64,000 nt of DNA from Haliscomenobacter sp. (GTDB taxonomy: Bacteria > Bacteroidota > Bacteroidia > Chitinophagales > Saprospiraceae): assembly GCA_016718685.1 (NCBI GenBank), contig JADKCX010000021.1, positions 1,650 through 65,649 on the forward strand, in the 5' to 3' direction. Each line of letters begins with the position of its first letter. Position 1 is the first letter of the stretch. This document shows, piece by piece, positions 46,627 to 56,322 of this stretch. The notes beneath the pieces are model-generated. The model was not told the origin of the DNA, did no database searches, and saw only the letters and a program-made list of their open reading frames with translations. The position numbers and the translations under genes are program-made.

Positions 46627-49461
46627 TTAAAACTTCACCACGCGCTCGATCCGCTGCCGCCCATTGGCCTGTAAACGAACAAAATACATGCCCGCCGGCA
46701 ATTGCGCCAGGTTGATCGGAACATCTGCTTGCTGCACCCCGCTCAATTGCACTTGATTCAATACTTGCCCAATCGGACTGATCAGCTGTACCTGCAAATT
46801 GCTTCTTTCACGGAGCGTTACCCGCAACAAGGCCTGATCATTCGTAGGATTCGGCGCGATGCTCAGTTTGTCTACTGGCAAATCCTGATCCCGTGTCGAA
46901 ACCGTAAATTTCACTTCCAAATCCAGTACCGAAGAACAGCCAAAACGATCAGTTACGGTGACGCTGTACAAACCGGCTTGCAACTGGGCAAGACTGGCCG
47001 TAGTCGCCCCGGTTGTCCAGCGGTATTTGTACGGCGCCCCATTGGCCGCGCCACGTACGCTGATCGAGCCATTGCGCAGGGTTGCGCCAGTGGCGTTGCG
47101 AATGGTGCTGGCCAGATCCAATTTGGCCGGGCAACGGTTCAGATTGATGTTGTCGATATCGATCCAATAATCACCTCCGCCGCGGGTAGCCACCAAACGA
47201 ATCTGGATGAATCGGGTCGCGTAAGCGCCCAATTTTACCGTAACGCGGCGCAGCTGGGTTGAAGTCACGTGATTGGTCGAAGTGATGGATTGCAACAAGA
47301 CAAAGTTGCGACCGCAGTCAATCGACACAAACACATCCAGGCGGTCGTTCGCCGTAAGCTGGGTAGCCGTCACATTGCTGCCCGACACGTTGACATACCG
47401 GTATTCAAAAGTAAGGCTATCGTTGGCAGCGATGGGACCAAACGTAGGACTTGTAGCCCGTAAGCTGGCGTCGCCGCTGAACAAATTATCAGAAAGGGTA
47501 AAACTGCTGTTGCCCCGGTCTTTTACCACCACGGCGTCGGCGTCGATTGTCCAGTCGCGGGGAATCCCTCCTCTTTCAAAGTCTTCCCCGAAAGGAACTG
47601 GATAAGCCGAATTGAAGGTAAAATACGCTGTATCATTGGAGGCCTGCACATCACCTACGATCCAGGCTTTGATGTTGTAGGTGCCGGGCGTAGCCGTGTT
47701 GAACGTTCCGCGGAAGGTGTAGGCATTTTTGGCGTTTGGCTGCAAGGTAAATCCACCTACGTTTTCTGTAACCACCGGGCCATTGTTGATGCGGTAAGCC
47801 ACATTAAAACCAGTGGAGTTGTTCCGACTGAGGTTGCCAATCGAAAACGCCAATTGATCATTGGCATTGCCGCAGGGATCAGCGCTGGTATTGCGGACGC
47901 TCAAGGCCAACAAATCGCGGGTGGGAACGTGTACTTGAATGTTGTCGATCAGCGCGCCTTCGAGGTTATTGGCAAAATCGGACAAAAAGGCAAAACGAAT
48001 GCGCACATTAGGCGCAGTTGCAGTACCGGGCAATGGATGCGAGGCGGTAAACCAACCGCGTACGCCCCCATTGCCATTCCAGATTTGGCGGGTAACGTCG
48101 TTGTACCAGTTGATGCCGCTGGTATTGTCGCCTAGTTTTGCCCAGGAAACGCCTCCATCCGTACTCAGTTCCACCCACAGTCCATCACAGCAGCCTTCCA
48201 TGTCTAGCTGGAGGGCAAAAGTCAAAACAGGATCAGCACTCAGGTTGGAAAAATCGAAACAAGGTGAGGCCAGATAAGATACCTCGCTGCTATTATAGCT
48301 TCCGCTCAGGCTGGTGGCCCAAACCTGCGAGCCACTGAAAGCCTGATTGAGCAGCCGTTTATTGGGGTTGCCCAATTGCCAGCTGGGGTTGACACTACTT
48401 TGGTCTACGGTCCAGCCCGTGAAACGATCTTCGAGCAGGTTCACGTGCGGGTAAGACACAATGGTAGGTAAGCTGGTGAAGGTATAACGCAGGGTATCAT
48501 TTTCAGGTATACTGTCCCCCTTCATCTCCGTCCAGGCATCAATCACATAATCTCCCGGAGGAAAAGCATATTGGTTGTCAAATTCGGCTACATCAGCACT
48601 ATCGCGCCCAACCACACCGGTATAAACGCCATCCTGGGGCATTTGAATGGGTACGGGCATGCCATTTACCGCATATTTAAAGGGAACCAGCGATTGAGGT
48701 TCGCCGCCATAGTTGCTGATCAATACCTGTACGGTATCGCCACCTTCCAACCCACATCCGGTAGTCGGGCTTAGTACTCCCGAAATGCCCAAATCAATGG
48801 CAAAGCGGGTATTAAACGCAAAGGGCCCCAACACCAAACTGGTGTCGGCCGGATTGCTACAAATGACACTCAAATAAAGCTCGTAGCTGGTATTTTGGGT
48901 CAGGCCACGCAAAATAGTACGGGTAGCCGTGCTGCGCACTACTGTACCTGCTCCCTTATTGGGAAGGAAACCTTTTTTGCCGTATTCAAGCAGATAAGTT
49001 CCCCCAGGGACATTGCCCACCCAACTCAGTTGAGCACTGAAGGCACGTACATCTTCAAAGGTGACGCTGGGCCCCGGAGGTGGAGCACAAGTCGGGCAAA
49101 TGATTTTACTGCGCAAAACTATGCCAGCCGCAGGTTTATTGCTACCCGTAGTGTACACAACTTTACCTTCCTGATCCAGTAAGGAGTAAGCAACTTCCTG
49201 ATCAAAAGGACCGGGTTTGTAGCTGAGCCGCAGGCTGTCACCATTGTTCAAGGCCAGATAATGCCGCGCCTGAGCCCCATTGGTCAGGGTATACACCGTG
49301 GCCGTAGTATTGATGCGTACTTCCAATTGGGCGCCATTCCAACCATCGCCAAGTTGATCATTCAAATCTAGCGTGTAGACACAGGGGTTAGCTTGGGCGT
49401 AAACCTGCTGGGCAAGGCAAGTAAGGGAAAAGAGAAAAAGTAGAGCCTTAATCCACTTCAT
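46627..49461 (-). CDS. Large secreted protein with T9SS type A (Por_Secre_tail) sorting domain
   Basis: Starts at MKWIKALLFLFSLTCLAQQVYAQ. FN3-like unit (...SAQLSWVG...TSYELYLSVIC). C-terminus LSIAPNPTNDQALLRV...LPAGMYFVRLQANGRQRIERVVKF. Confidence 0.8.
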   Translation of the reverse strand: MKWIKALLFLFSLTCLAQQVYAQANPCVYTLDLNDQLGDGWNGAQLEVRINTTATVYTLTNGAQARHYLALNNGDSLRLSYKPGPFDQEVAYSLLDQEGKVVYTTGSNKPAAGIVLRSKIICPTCAPPPGPSVTFEDVRAFSAQLSWVGNVPGGTYLLEYGKKGFLPNKGAGTVVRSTATRTILRGLTQNTSYELYLSVICSNPADTSLVLGPFAFNTRFAIDLGISGVLSPTTGCGLEGGDTVQVLISNYGGEPQSLVPFKYAVNGMPVPIQMPQDGVYTGVVGRDSADVAEFDNQYAFPPGDYVIDAWTEMKGDSIPENDTLRYTFTSLPTIVSYPHVNLLEDRFTGWTVDQSSVNPSWQLGNPNKRLLNQAFSGSQVWATSLSGSYNSSEVSYLASPCFDFSNLSADPVLTFALQLDMEGCCDGLWVELSTDGGVSWAKLGDNTSGINWYNDVTRQIWNGNGGVRGWFTASHPLPGTATAPNVRIRFAFLSDFANNLEGALIDNIQVHVPTRDLLALSVRNTSADPCGNANDQLAFSIGNLSRNNSTGFNVAYRINNGPVVTENVGGFTLQPNAKNAYTFRGTFNTATPGTYNIKAWIVGDVQASNDTAYFTFNSAYPVPFGEDFERGGIPRDWTIDADAVVVKDRGNSSFTLSDNLFSGDASLRATSPTFGPIAANDSLTFEYRYVNVSGSNVTATQLTANDRLDVFVSIDCGRNFVLLQSITSTNHVTSTQLRRVTVKLGAYATRFIQIRLVATRGGGDYWIDIDNINLNRCPAKLDLASTIRNATGATLRNGSISVRGAANGAPYKYRWTTGATTASLAQLQAGLYSVTVTDRFGCSSVLDLEVKFTVSTRDQDLPVDKLSIAPNPTNDQALLRVTLRERSNLQVQLISPIGQVLNQVQLSGVQQADVPINLAQLPAGMYFVRLQANGRQRIERVVKF

Positions 49462-49747
49462 AGTAATTGTTTTGTAGAAATTTAAGCATTGAGCGTATCT
49501 TCGAGGCTGTTCCAATTTTATCTTTGCGCGCGATATGGCTAAATTTGGACAAGCTCTAGCGACCTGCTAAAGTTAGTAATTTAATCCATATTGCACTTTC
49601 TTTAACGTCAGGAGTGAAAACAGACGACACTATTTTACCGCAAAAATAAACCTTTTGACGGGTCTGATGTTAGCTATTGGTGAATTTAAAAGTGCAATTC
49701 ACGTTAAAGTCAAGATTCTAAATCACTGAAAAAAAACGCCTTAACAA

Positions 49748-50689
49748 GTGGCAGTATACTCTATTCGGGACTTGGAAAAACTTTCAGGGATCAAAGCACA
49801 CACGATCCGCATCTGGGAGCAACGTTACGGAGTCATTGCTCCTAAGCGGACCAAGACCAATATTCGTTACTACCAGGATGACGACCTCAAGTTCCTGCTC
49901 AATGTGGCCTTGCTCAACAAGAATGGCATCAAAATTTCCAAAATTGCCCTCATGACCCGGCAGGCTGTGGCCGAAAAGGTGGCGGCCATTTCCGAAATCA
50001 ATTTTGAATACAGCACCCAACTAGACGCCCTGACCATTTCGATGATTGAAATGGATGAGCAAAAATTTGACCGCATCATTTCTACCAATATCCATCAATT
50101 GGGCTTTGAGCGCACCATGCTCGAAGTCATCTACCCTTTCCTCGATAAATTGGGGGTGCTTTGGCTGACGGGTTCGATCAATCCGGTACAGGAAAATTTC
50201 ATCAGTTACCTCATTCGCCAAAAAATCATTGTTGCCATCAACAATGAACCCATTCCTCAAGGAAGCCACGTCAAAAAATTCATTGTCTATTTGCCTGAGG
50301 GAGAGAAACAGGAATTGAGTTTGCTCTTCATGCACTACATCCTCAAGTCACGCCGCAACCAGGTGCTTTATCTGGGACAGGACATTTCATTGTCCGATCT
50401 GCGCGATGCCTGCAAAGTGCACAAGCCTGATTTCATTTTTACCATGATCAGCGAAACTTTCTCCAAAGAACCAGTGCAACGCTACGTTGACAAACTGTCC
50501 GAAACCTTCCCCGATTCCCAGATCTTGTTATCGGGTTATCAGGTTGTGGCGCAAAAAGTATCTCCTTCACACAATGTCCGAGTACTGCGCAGTTTGGACC
50601 ATACCCTGGAATTTCTAGAATTGTTGACCCAGCCGGAGCCCCGGCGAAGTGGGGGAGTTGCTCAAGCTTCCATGGCCAGTCCGCAATAA
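49748..50689 (+). CDS. MerR-family regulator with B12-binding-like C-terminal domain (CarH/LitR architecture)
   Basis: GTG start. HTH YSIRDLEKLSGIKAHTIRIWEQRYGVIAPKRTKTNIRYY. The C-terminal Rossmann-like half is (KKFIVYLPEGEKQELSLLFMHYIL...VLYLGQD...PDFIFT). Confidence 0.7.
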   Translation: MAVYSIRDLEKLSGIKAHTIRIWEQRYGVIAPKRTKTNIRYYQDDDLKFLLNVALLNKNGIKISKIALMTRQAVAEKVAAISEINFEYSTQLDALTISMIEMDEQKFDRIISTNIHQLGFERTMLEVIYPFLDKLGVLWLTGSINPVQENFISYLIRQKIIVAINNEPIPQGSHVKKFIVYLPEGEKQELSLLFMHYILKSRRNQVLYLGQDISLSDLRDACKVHKPDFIFTMISETFSKEPVQRYVDKLSETFPDSQILLSGYQVVAQKVSPSHNVRVLRSLDHTLEFLELLTQPEPRRSGGVAQASMASPQ

Positions 50690-50735
50690 TGAAAGGTCAT
50701 TTCAAGGTGAGCCTAAATCAATTTCATTTGATAGA

Positions 50736-51869
50736 TCAAAGCCGTGTCTCCAACTTGGGCACCATCATCTCCTTCCAGGCCCGGAAATCCCCCGCCTGAA
50801 TGTGTGCCCGCGCTTCTCCTACCAACCACAAGAAAAAAGACAAATTCTGCAAGGTAGCAATCTGCATCCCCAAAATTTCACTGCTGTGGATCAGGTGCCG
50901 CAGGTAGGCTTTAGAATAAAAGCGGCTACTATGGCAAGGGCTATTGGCATCAATGGGTGAAAAATCGTCCTTCCACTTGGCGTTGCGCATGTTCAGGATG
51001 CCCTCAGCCGTATACAATAGCCCATGACGGGCATTGCGGGTGGGCAATACGCAGTCAAACATATCGATGCCCAGGGCAATACTTTCCAGGATGTTCACCG
51101 GTGTACCCACCCCCATGAGGTAGCGCGGTTTGTCGGCGGGTAAAACGCCACAAACCAGCTCGGTCATGGCGTACATGTCTTCAGCGGGTTCGCCTACCGA
51201 AAGTCCTCCAATCGCGTTGGCTGGCCGGTTGAACGCCGCAATGGCCTCTGCCGACTGAATCCGCAAATCCGTATAAGTACTCCCTTGTACGATCGGGAAC
51301 AAGGTCTGTTCGTACCCATAAAGCCCTTCCGTTTGGTCAAAACGCTCACAGCAACGCGCCAACCAACGATGGGTCATTTCCATCGATTTTTTGGCGTAGC
51401 CATATTCACACGGGTACGGGGTACACTCGTCAAAAGCCATGATGATGTCGGCACCAATGATGCGCTGGATGTCGATGGCGCGTTCAGGCGAAAAAAAGTG
51501 GGGAGAACCATCGATGTGGGAATTAAAAGTAACCCCTTCTTCTTTGATTTTGCGGGTATTGCCCAGTGAATACACCTGATAGCCCCCGCTATCGGTTAAA
51601 ATGGGATGATTCCAACCATTGAATTTGTGCAAACCACCCACCTGCTGTAAAATATCGATACCCGGGCGCAAGTACAAATGGTAGGTATTCCCCAAAATAA
51701 TTTGTGCTTTGATCTCCGTTTCCAATTCATGCTGATGCACCGCCTTGACGGTACCTGCGGTACCCACGGGCATAAAAATGGGAGTTTGGATCTCCCCATG
51801 AGCAGTTTGAATGACCCCGGCACGAGCTGAGGATTGAGGGTCTTTATGGTCGATGTTGAACGAAAACAT
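50736..51869 (-). CDS. tgt: tRNA-guanosine(34) transglycosylase
   Basis: Starts at MFSFNIDHKDPQSSARAGVIQTAHGEIQTPIFMPVGT. LGNTYHL, TDSGGYQV, DECT and CDC-type zinc site context (FDCVLPTRNARHG) are all present. Confidence 0.95.
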   Translation of the reverse strand: MFSFNIDHKDPQSSARAGVIQTAHGEIQTPIFMPVGTAGTVKAVHQHELETEIKAQIILGNTYHLYLRPGIDILQQVGGLHKFNGWNHPILTDSGGYQVYSLGNTRKIKEEGVTFNSHIDGSPHFFSPERAIDIQRIIGADIIMAFDECTPYPCEYGYAKKSMEMTHRWLARCCERFDQTEGLYGYEQTLFPIVQGSTYTDLRIQSAEAIAAFNRPANAIGGLSVGEPAEDMYAMTELVCGVLPADKPRYLMGVGTPVNILESIALGIDMFDCVLPTRNARHGLLYTAEGILNMRNAKWKDDFSPIDANSPCHSSRFYSKAYLRHLIHSSEILGMQIATLQNLSFFLWLVGEARAHIQAGDFRAWKEMMVPKLETRL

Positions 51870-51883
51870 GGATGATGAAGATT

Positions 51884-53281
51884 TTACAGGCGGTATCGAT
51901 CGCGGTCCATTTTCAACACAATGCCCATCATGGCCGAGAAGGCCAGGAAAGAGGAGCCACCCCGACTGATAAACGGCAGGGGAATTCCGATCATGGGGGT
52001 TACCCCGATGGTCATGCCAATGTTGATGAAAAAGTGGATGAATAAAATCCCGACGAAACAATACGTATAGACCCGCGCGAAATTAGACCGTTGCCGCTCA
52101 GCGATGATGGTGAGCCGCAGCATCAACACCAAAAACAGCGCTACAATGCCCAAGGCCCCAATAAAACCTTGCTCTTCGCCTACGGTACAAAAAATGAAAT
52201 CGGTAGGTTGTTCGGGCACATAGCTGTACCGCGTCATACTTCCTTGCAAAAATCCTTTGCCCAGAAAGCCCCCCGAGGTAATAGCGGTTTTGGACTGCAT
52301 GAAGTTGTACATCGATTTACAGTCGGCACAGGATTCGGGTTTGAGCCACACCAAAATGCGGTCGGCCTGGTGGGGTTTGAGTACCTTGAATACCGCATAG
52401 TTGGCCGAAAAACACATCCCTACACCCAGCGCAATGGCAATTGCTGCCGTACCTACTTCCCGCACCCCTTTGCGGCTGGCATAAATCAGGCCCCACAACA
52501 AATAAACTCCGCCCAAAGTCGCCAGGCTGTACAGCCCGAGCTCAAAGTACCAAGCAACTACTGCTGCCAGACCCAAAACCGCAACCATTCGTTTCAGCTG
52601 GGTGGATTCTTTATACAAGCTGGACAGGTACCATAATCCGATGCTCAAAATCAGTATAGACACAATCACCGGATCAAAAATCAGCCCCAGCAACAAAATG
52701 GCCAGAATGGTAAATGCCGCGAGGTAATAGTTGGGAGATAGTCCTTCGCGGTACATCGCAATAAAAAACGATACAAATACAATCGCGGATCCCAAGTCCC
52801 CTTGCATCAAAATCAGCGCCATGGGGATGAGCAACATGCCAAAGGCGATGAATTGGCTCCTGAAACTTTTTAAATTGGTGCTGGGTGTACTCAGAAAAGC
52901 GGCCATGGCCATGGCCGTGCCCACCTTCGCAAACTCCGAAGGCTGGAGTGACAAACCAGCAAAAGTATACCAGGAACGGTTGCCGTGAATTTCGGTGCCA
53001 AAAAAGGGTACCCCCAACAGCAAGACCATGGTAAGCGTATAGAGGGGATAGGCCAGCAATTGCCAGATTTTCCAGTCGAGGGTCAGAATGGTACCCATTG
53101 CCACGAAGGAAATGGCCATCCAGATCAACTGTTTGCCCACCGATGAACGGAGGAAACCTACCTTTTCGAATTCAATGTAGGTAGAGGCGTAAATCATCAT
53201 CACCCCAAAAACCACCAAACCCAAATAAACGGAAAAAACAACCCAATCGATTGTTTTTGTACCAGTGAATTTACCTAGCAT
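51884..53281 (-). CDS. rodA: Rod shape-determining protein RodA (SEDS peptidoglycan glycosyltransferase)
   Basis: 10-TM FtsW/RodA/SpoVE pattern: LQPSEFAK, ...DLGSA..., TDFIFCTVGEEQGFIGA, PLPFISRGGSS. Confidence 0.9.
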   Translation of the reverse strand: MLGKFTGTKTIDWVVFSVYLGLVVFGVMMIYASTYIEFEKVGFLRSSVGKQLIWMAISFVAMGTILTLDWKIWQLLAYPLYTLTMVLLLGVPFFGTEIHGNRSWYTFAGLSLQPSEFAKVGTAMAMAAFLSTPSTNLKSFRSQFIAFGMLLIPMALILMQGDLGSAIVFVSFFIAMYREGLSPNYYLAAFTILAILLLGLIFDPVIVSILILSIGLWYLSSLYKESTQLKRMVAVLGLAAVVAWYFELGLYSLATLGGVYLLWGLIYASRKGVREVGTAAIAIALGVGMCFSANYAVFKVLKPHQADRILVWLKPESCADCKSMYNFMQSKTAITSGGFLGKGFLQGSMTRYSYVPEQPTDFIFCTVGEEQGFIGALGIVALFLVLMLRLTIIAERQRSNFARVYTYCFVGILFIHFFINIGMTIGVTPMIGIPLPFISRGGSSFLAFSAMMGIVLKMDRDRYRL

Positions 53282-53296
53282 AATGTTTTACAAGGG

Positions 53297-53704
53297 CTAA
53301 TAACCAATGAAATCACTCGGACTAATTTGATTGTCCTGTACCATATAAGACCCTGGATAGGCACCGCGTACAAGTTCCTGCAAACGCATGGCTTCCAGTT
53401 TGGTATGGTAAGCGCCCACCCGCAACAGGTAATACGGACGCTCGTGTAGCCAGGTTATCGGAACAAACGGATATTGTGCTTTGAAATTGCTCAGTACCTC
53501 GTCCAGTTTTGGTCGGTCGGTAGTGGCCAAGATTTGCAGGCGCCACCCACGGATGTAAGGCTTTTGTTTGTTGTTTTCGGTGTATTGACTCAGCAAAGTG
53601 CTGATTGCTGGATCTTCCACGATTTGAATGTGCTGAAGCCCCTGCGCCCGAACAGCGCAGCAAGCCCAAAAGACGAGGAACAAAACCCCAAAGGCGCGCT
53701 GCAT
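53297..53704 (-). CDS. SPOR-domain protein
   Basis: Starts at MQRAFGVLFLVFWACCAVRAQ. The C-terminal GWRLQILATTDR...LLRVGAYHTKLEAMRLQELV fits a SPOR fold pattern. Confidence 0.65.
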   Translation of the reverse strand: MQRAFGVLFLVFWACCAVRAQGLQHIQIVEDPAISTLLSQYTENNKQKPYIRGWRLQILATTDRPKLDEVLSNFKAQYPFVPITWLHERPYYLLRVGAYHTKLEAMRLQELVRGAYPGSYMVQDNQISPSDFIGY

Positions 53705-53747
53705 GTTTTTTTTTGCGAAAATACGAAAAATTGCCGAAAAATGATGC

Positions 53748-54424
53748 TTAATACGCGGCACTATCCCCACTTCCTCCCTTGACGATGGCTACGCCAGAAG
53801 AGGTGCCGATGCGGCTGGCGCCCGCCTCGATCATGGCTTTGGCATCGGCAAAATTGCGGATACCGCCCGAGGCCTTGATGGCTATTTTATGTTGAAGTAA
53901 AGTCCCCATCCGGTGTACGGCCTCCAACGTAGCCCCTCCGCCATTGAAACCAGTAGAGGTTTTGGCAAAATCTGGCTCCAAATCTGCCAGGATTACACAA
54001 GCCTTTTCCAATTCATCTGGTGTGAGCAAAGCAGTTTCTAAAATGATTTTTATTTTTTTGCCCTTCATACGTGTCGCGGTAACCAGGCTATCAAGGTCGC
54101 TACGTACATGCGACCACAACTGGCTTTTCACCGCACAGAGGTTGATTACGGCGTCAATTTCATCTGCTCCATCTTCGATGGCTCTTTTGATTTCTTCCAC
54201 TTTTGCGGCAGTACTGGAATACCCCAAAGGGAACCCCACTACGGTAGCTACTTGTACTTTTTCGGGGCAGATTCCAACCAGCGAAAGGCATCGTGTACAT
54301 AGTAAGGTGGAATACACACCGCAGCAAAACCGTATTCCTGCGCCTCGCCACAAAGTTGGCGGATGTTTTCCAAAGTGGAATCGGGCTTAAGTAGCGTATG
54401 GTCAATGTATTCAGCAACGTTCAT
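53748..54424 (-). CDS. deoC: Deoxyribose-phosphate aldolase; one homopolymer frame disruption
   Basis: The N-terminal 56 codons from 54424 (MNVAEYIDHTLLKPDSTLENIRQLCGEAQEYGFAAVCIPPYYV...) end at a TAG. The rest (VATVVGFPLGY...KIILET..., KTSTGF, IKASGGIR) is ORF 53748..54353. The shift is at the T5/G4 runs 54258..54267. Confidence 0.9.
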
Positions 54425-54572
54425 TTCAGGATGTATAATTTGTAACTTAATTTGTTAAAATCAATGCAACATGCAATATTAAGTTGCCCGAAAGATAGGG
54501 TAAATTAACCTAGCGAAATAGATAATTAACATTTAATTTGTGGAACGCAAAATCTACCGAAAGTCTCGTTTT

Positions 54573-55598
54573 ATGAACACCACCGATAATCAAGTGCTGT
54601 TGGAGTGCGTGCCAAATTTTAGTGAAGGACGCAATCCGGTCGTCATCGAGTCCATTGCGGCGGCAATTCGCCAAATTGCCGGCGTCAAATTGTTGCACGT
54701 AGATCCCGGTTACGACGCCAACCGAACCGTCATGACCTTCGTGGGTGCGCCTTTGGCCGTGGTAGAAGCCGCGTTTCAAAGCATCAAAACCGCCAGCCAA
54801 CTGATCGATATGCGCCAACAACAGGGTACCCATCCCCGCATGGGGGCTACCGATGTCTGCCCTTTGGTACCCATAGCCGGAATGTCCCTCAATGAGGCCG
54901 TAGTACTGGCCCGTGCATTAGGGCAAAGGGTGGGCAGTGAATTGAACATCCCGGTATACCTGTACGAGGATGCGGCCCAGGACCCCCAACGGCGCAACTT
55001 GGCCACGATCCGCCAGGGAGAATACGAAGGTTTGGCCCAAAAAATCCGTCAGCCGGAATGGACACCCGACTACGGCCCGACCCAAGAACCATTTCCTGCC
55101 GGAGCCACGGTCATTGGTGCCCGTAAGTTCCTCATTGCCTACAACGTCAATTTGAATACCACCGACGTCAGTTTGGCCAAGCGCATCGCTGAAAAAGTGC
55201 GCGCGAGTGGCTACAAGGTTAAAGACGAACAGGGAAACATCCAGCAGATACCAGGGCGTTGCCCCGGCGTAAAAGCCATTGGCTGGTACATGCCCGGCTA
55301 TGGCAAAGCCCAGGTGTCGATGAACATTACCGACCTAGACCTCACGCCTGTCCACGCGGCGTTTGTAGCTTGCCAGCAGGAAGCCCAACACCTGGGCGTG
55401 GAAGTTAGTGGATCAGAGTTGATTGGCCTGGCCCCACTCCGGGTATTCCTGGAGGCCGGGCATTACTTTGCCCCTAACGAATCCGCTGCCGATCGTTTGA
55501 TTGAAATTGCCATTGTACATTTAGGATTGAGGGAGCTTAAAGGATTTGATCCTGCACATAGGATCCTGGAACAGTGTATACAAAACGAGGAAGGGTAA
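54573..55598 (+). CDS. ftcD: Glutamate formimidoyltransferase
   Basis: The N-terminus LLECVPNFSEGRN is the family hallmark. 341 aa. Confidence 0.85.
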   Translation: MNTTDNQVLLECVPNFSEGRNPVVIESIAAAIRQIAGVKLLHVDPGYDANRTVMTFVGAPLAVVEAAFQSIKTASQLIDMRQQQGTHPRMGATDVCPLVPIAGMSLNEAVVLARALGQRVGSELNIPVYLYEDAAQDPQRRNLATIRQGEYEGLAQKIRQPEWTPDYGPTQEPFPAGATVIGARKFLIAYNVNLNTTDVSLAKRIAEKVRASGYKVKDEQGNIQQIPGRCPGVKAIGWYMPGYGKAQVSMNITDLDLTPVHAAFVACQQEAQHLGVEVSGSELIGLAPLRVFLEAGHYFAPNESAADRLIEIAIVHLGLRELKGFDPAHRILEQCIQNEEG

Positions 55599-55603
55599 AA
55601 AAG

Positions 55604-55921
55604 TTACCACGAAAAAAATTTGGTGCTGCGCAAAAAGTTTTTCTTAGGTTCAGGTTTAAGGGGTTTAGACGTGTTCACTTTAAAGGATACCATTTTAGTA
55701 AGGTTCCCATAATGCAACCACACAAAATAACTGCCAGGCTTTAGACCCTCAACTGGAAACTGTAAGGTTTGACTGCCTTTTTCCAAATTGATTTGTTGCT
55801 CAAAACAGGGTGTTCCCAGTTTGTCTTGCACGATTAAGCTCACGCTTTGTGGTTTGTCACTTTTCACATCTAGTACAGCAGTTCTTTCTTCGGTCAAAAT
55901 GTAGATTTCTCCTAGCTCCAT
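55604..55921 (-). CDS. Hypothetical small protein (resembles an isolated T9SS-CTD-like beta sandwich)
   Basis: 105-aa ORF. The internal ...LKPGSYFVWLHYGNLTKMVSFKV resembles the tail of Por-type sorting domains, but there is no signal peptide or cargo. GC is lower than the neighbours. Confidence 0.35.
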   Translation of the reverse strand: MELGEIYILTEERTAVLDVKSDKPQSVSLIVQDKLGTPCFEQQINLEKGSQTLQFPVEGLKPGSYFVWLHYGNLTKMVSFKVNTSKPLKPEPKKNFLRSTKFFSW

Positions 55922-56047
55922 CCAATTTTTTTTTCTTGTGACGAAAAAACAGGTAAAAGGTCATGCTTTTTTGGGAAAAGAAAAAATGATAAGAAGTATA
56001 AATATGTTACAAATATGATAAAAATATAGTTTAGTAAAGGTATATAC

Positions 56048-56080
56048 ATAAAAAAAGCCTTCCGGAGAACCGAAAGGCTT
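56048..56080 (-). terminator. Rho-independent terminator after tRNA-Val
   Basis: On the minus strand, AAGCCTTTCGG-TTCT-CCGGAAGGCTT (11-bp stem including one G.U) followed by T6. Confidence 0.8.
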
Positions 56081-56083
56081 GGG

Positions 56084-56158
56084 TGGGTAATGACGGATTC
56101 GAACCGCCGACCCTCTGCTTGTAAGGCAGATGCTCTAAACCAGCTGAGCTAATCACCC
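56084..56158 (-). tRNA. tRNA-Val (anticodon TAC)
   Basis: Hand-folded 75-nt cloverleaf GGGTGATTAGCTCAGCTGGTTTAGAGCATCTGCCTTACAAGCAGAGGGTCGGCGGTTCGAATCCGTCATTACCCA. Acceptor 7 bp (one G.U), D stem GCTC/GAGC, anticodon stem TCTGC/GCAGA with loop CTTACAA, T arm GGCGG-TTCGAAT-CCGTC. CCA is not encoded. Confidence 0.9.
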
Positions 56159-56199
56159 TCTTTTTATTTGCCCTGAACACATTTGCTCAAAAGCGTGCG

Positions 56200-56207
56200 C
56201 AAATATA
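56200..56207 (-). promoter_or_regulatory. Candidate Bacteroidota -7 promoter box (TAnnTTTG) for tRNA-Val
   Basis: The minus strand reads TATATTTG about 42-49 nt upstream of the tRNA 5' end. This is a motif match only. Confidence 0.3.
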
Positions 56208-56322
56208 TGCCCACATTTTAGTTTGCGCAAGTCCTGACCGCATTTTTTTTGGAAAAAATAAAAAAGCCGATGAAATAGCAATCTCCACCGGCATCATATG
56301 TGAACAAAAGTATAAGCTTATT

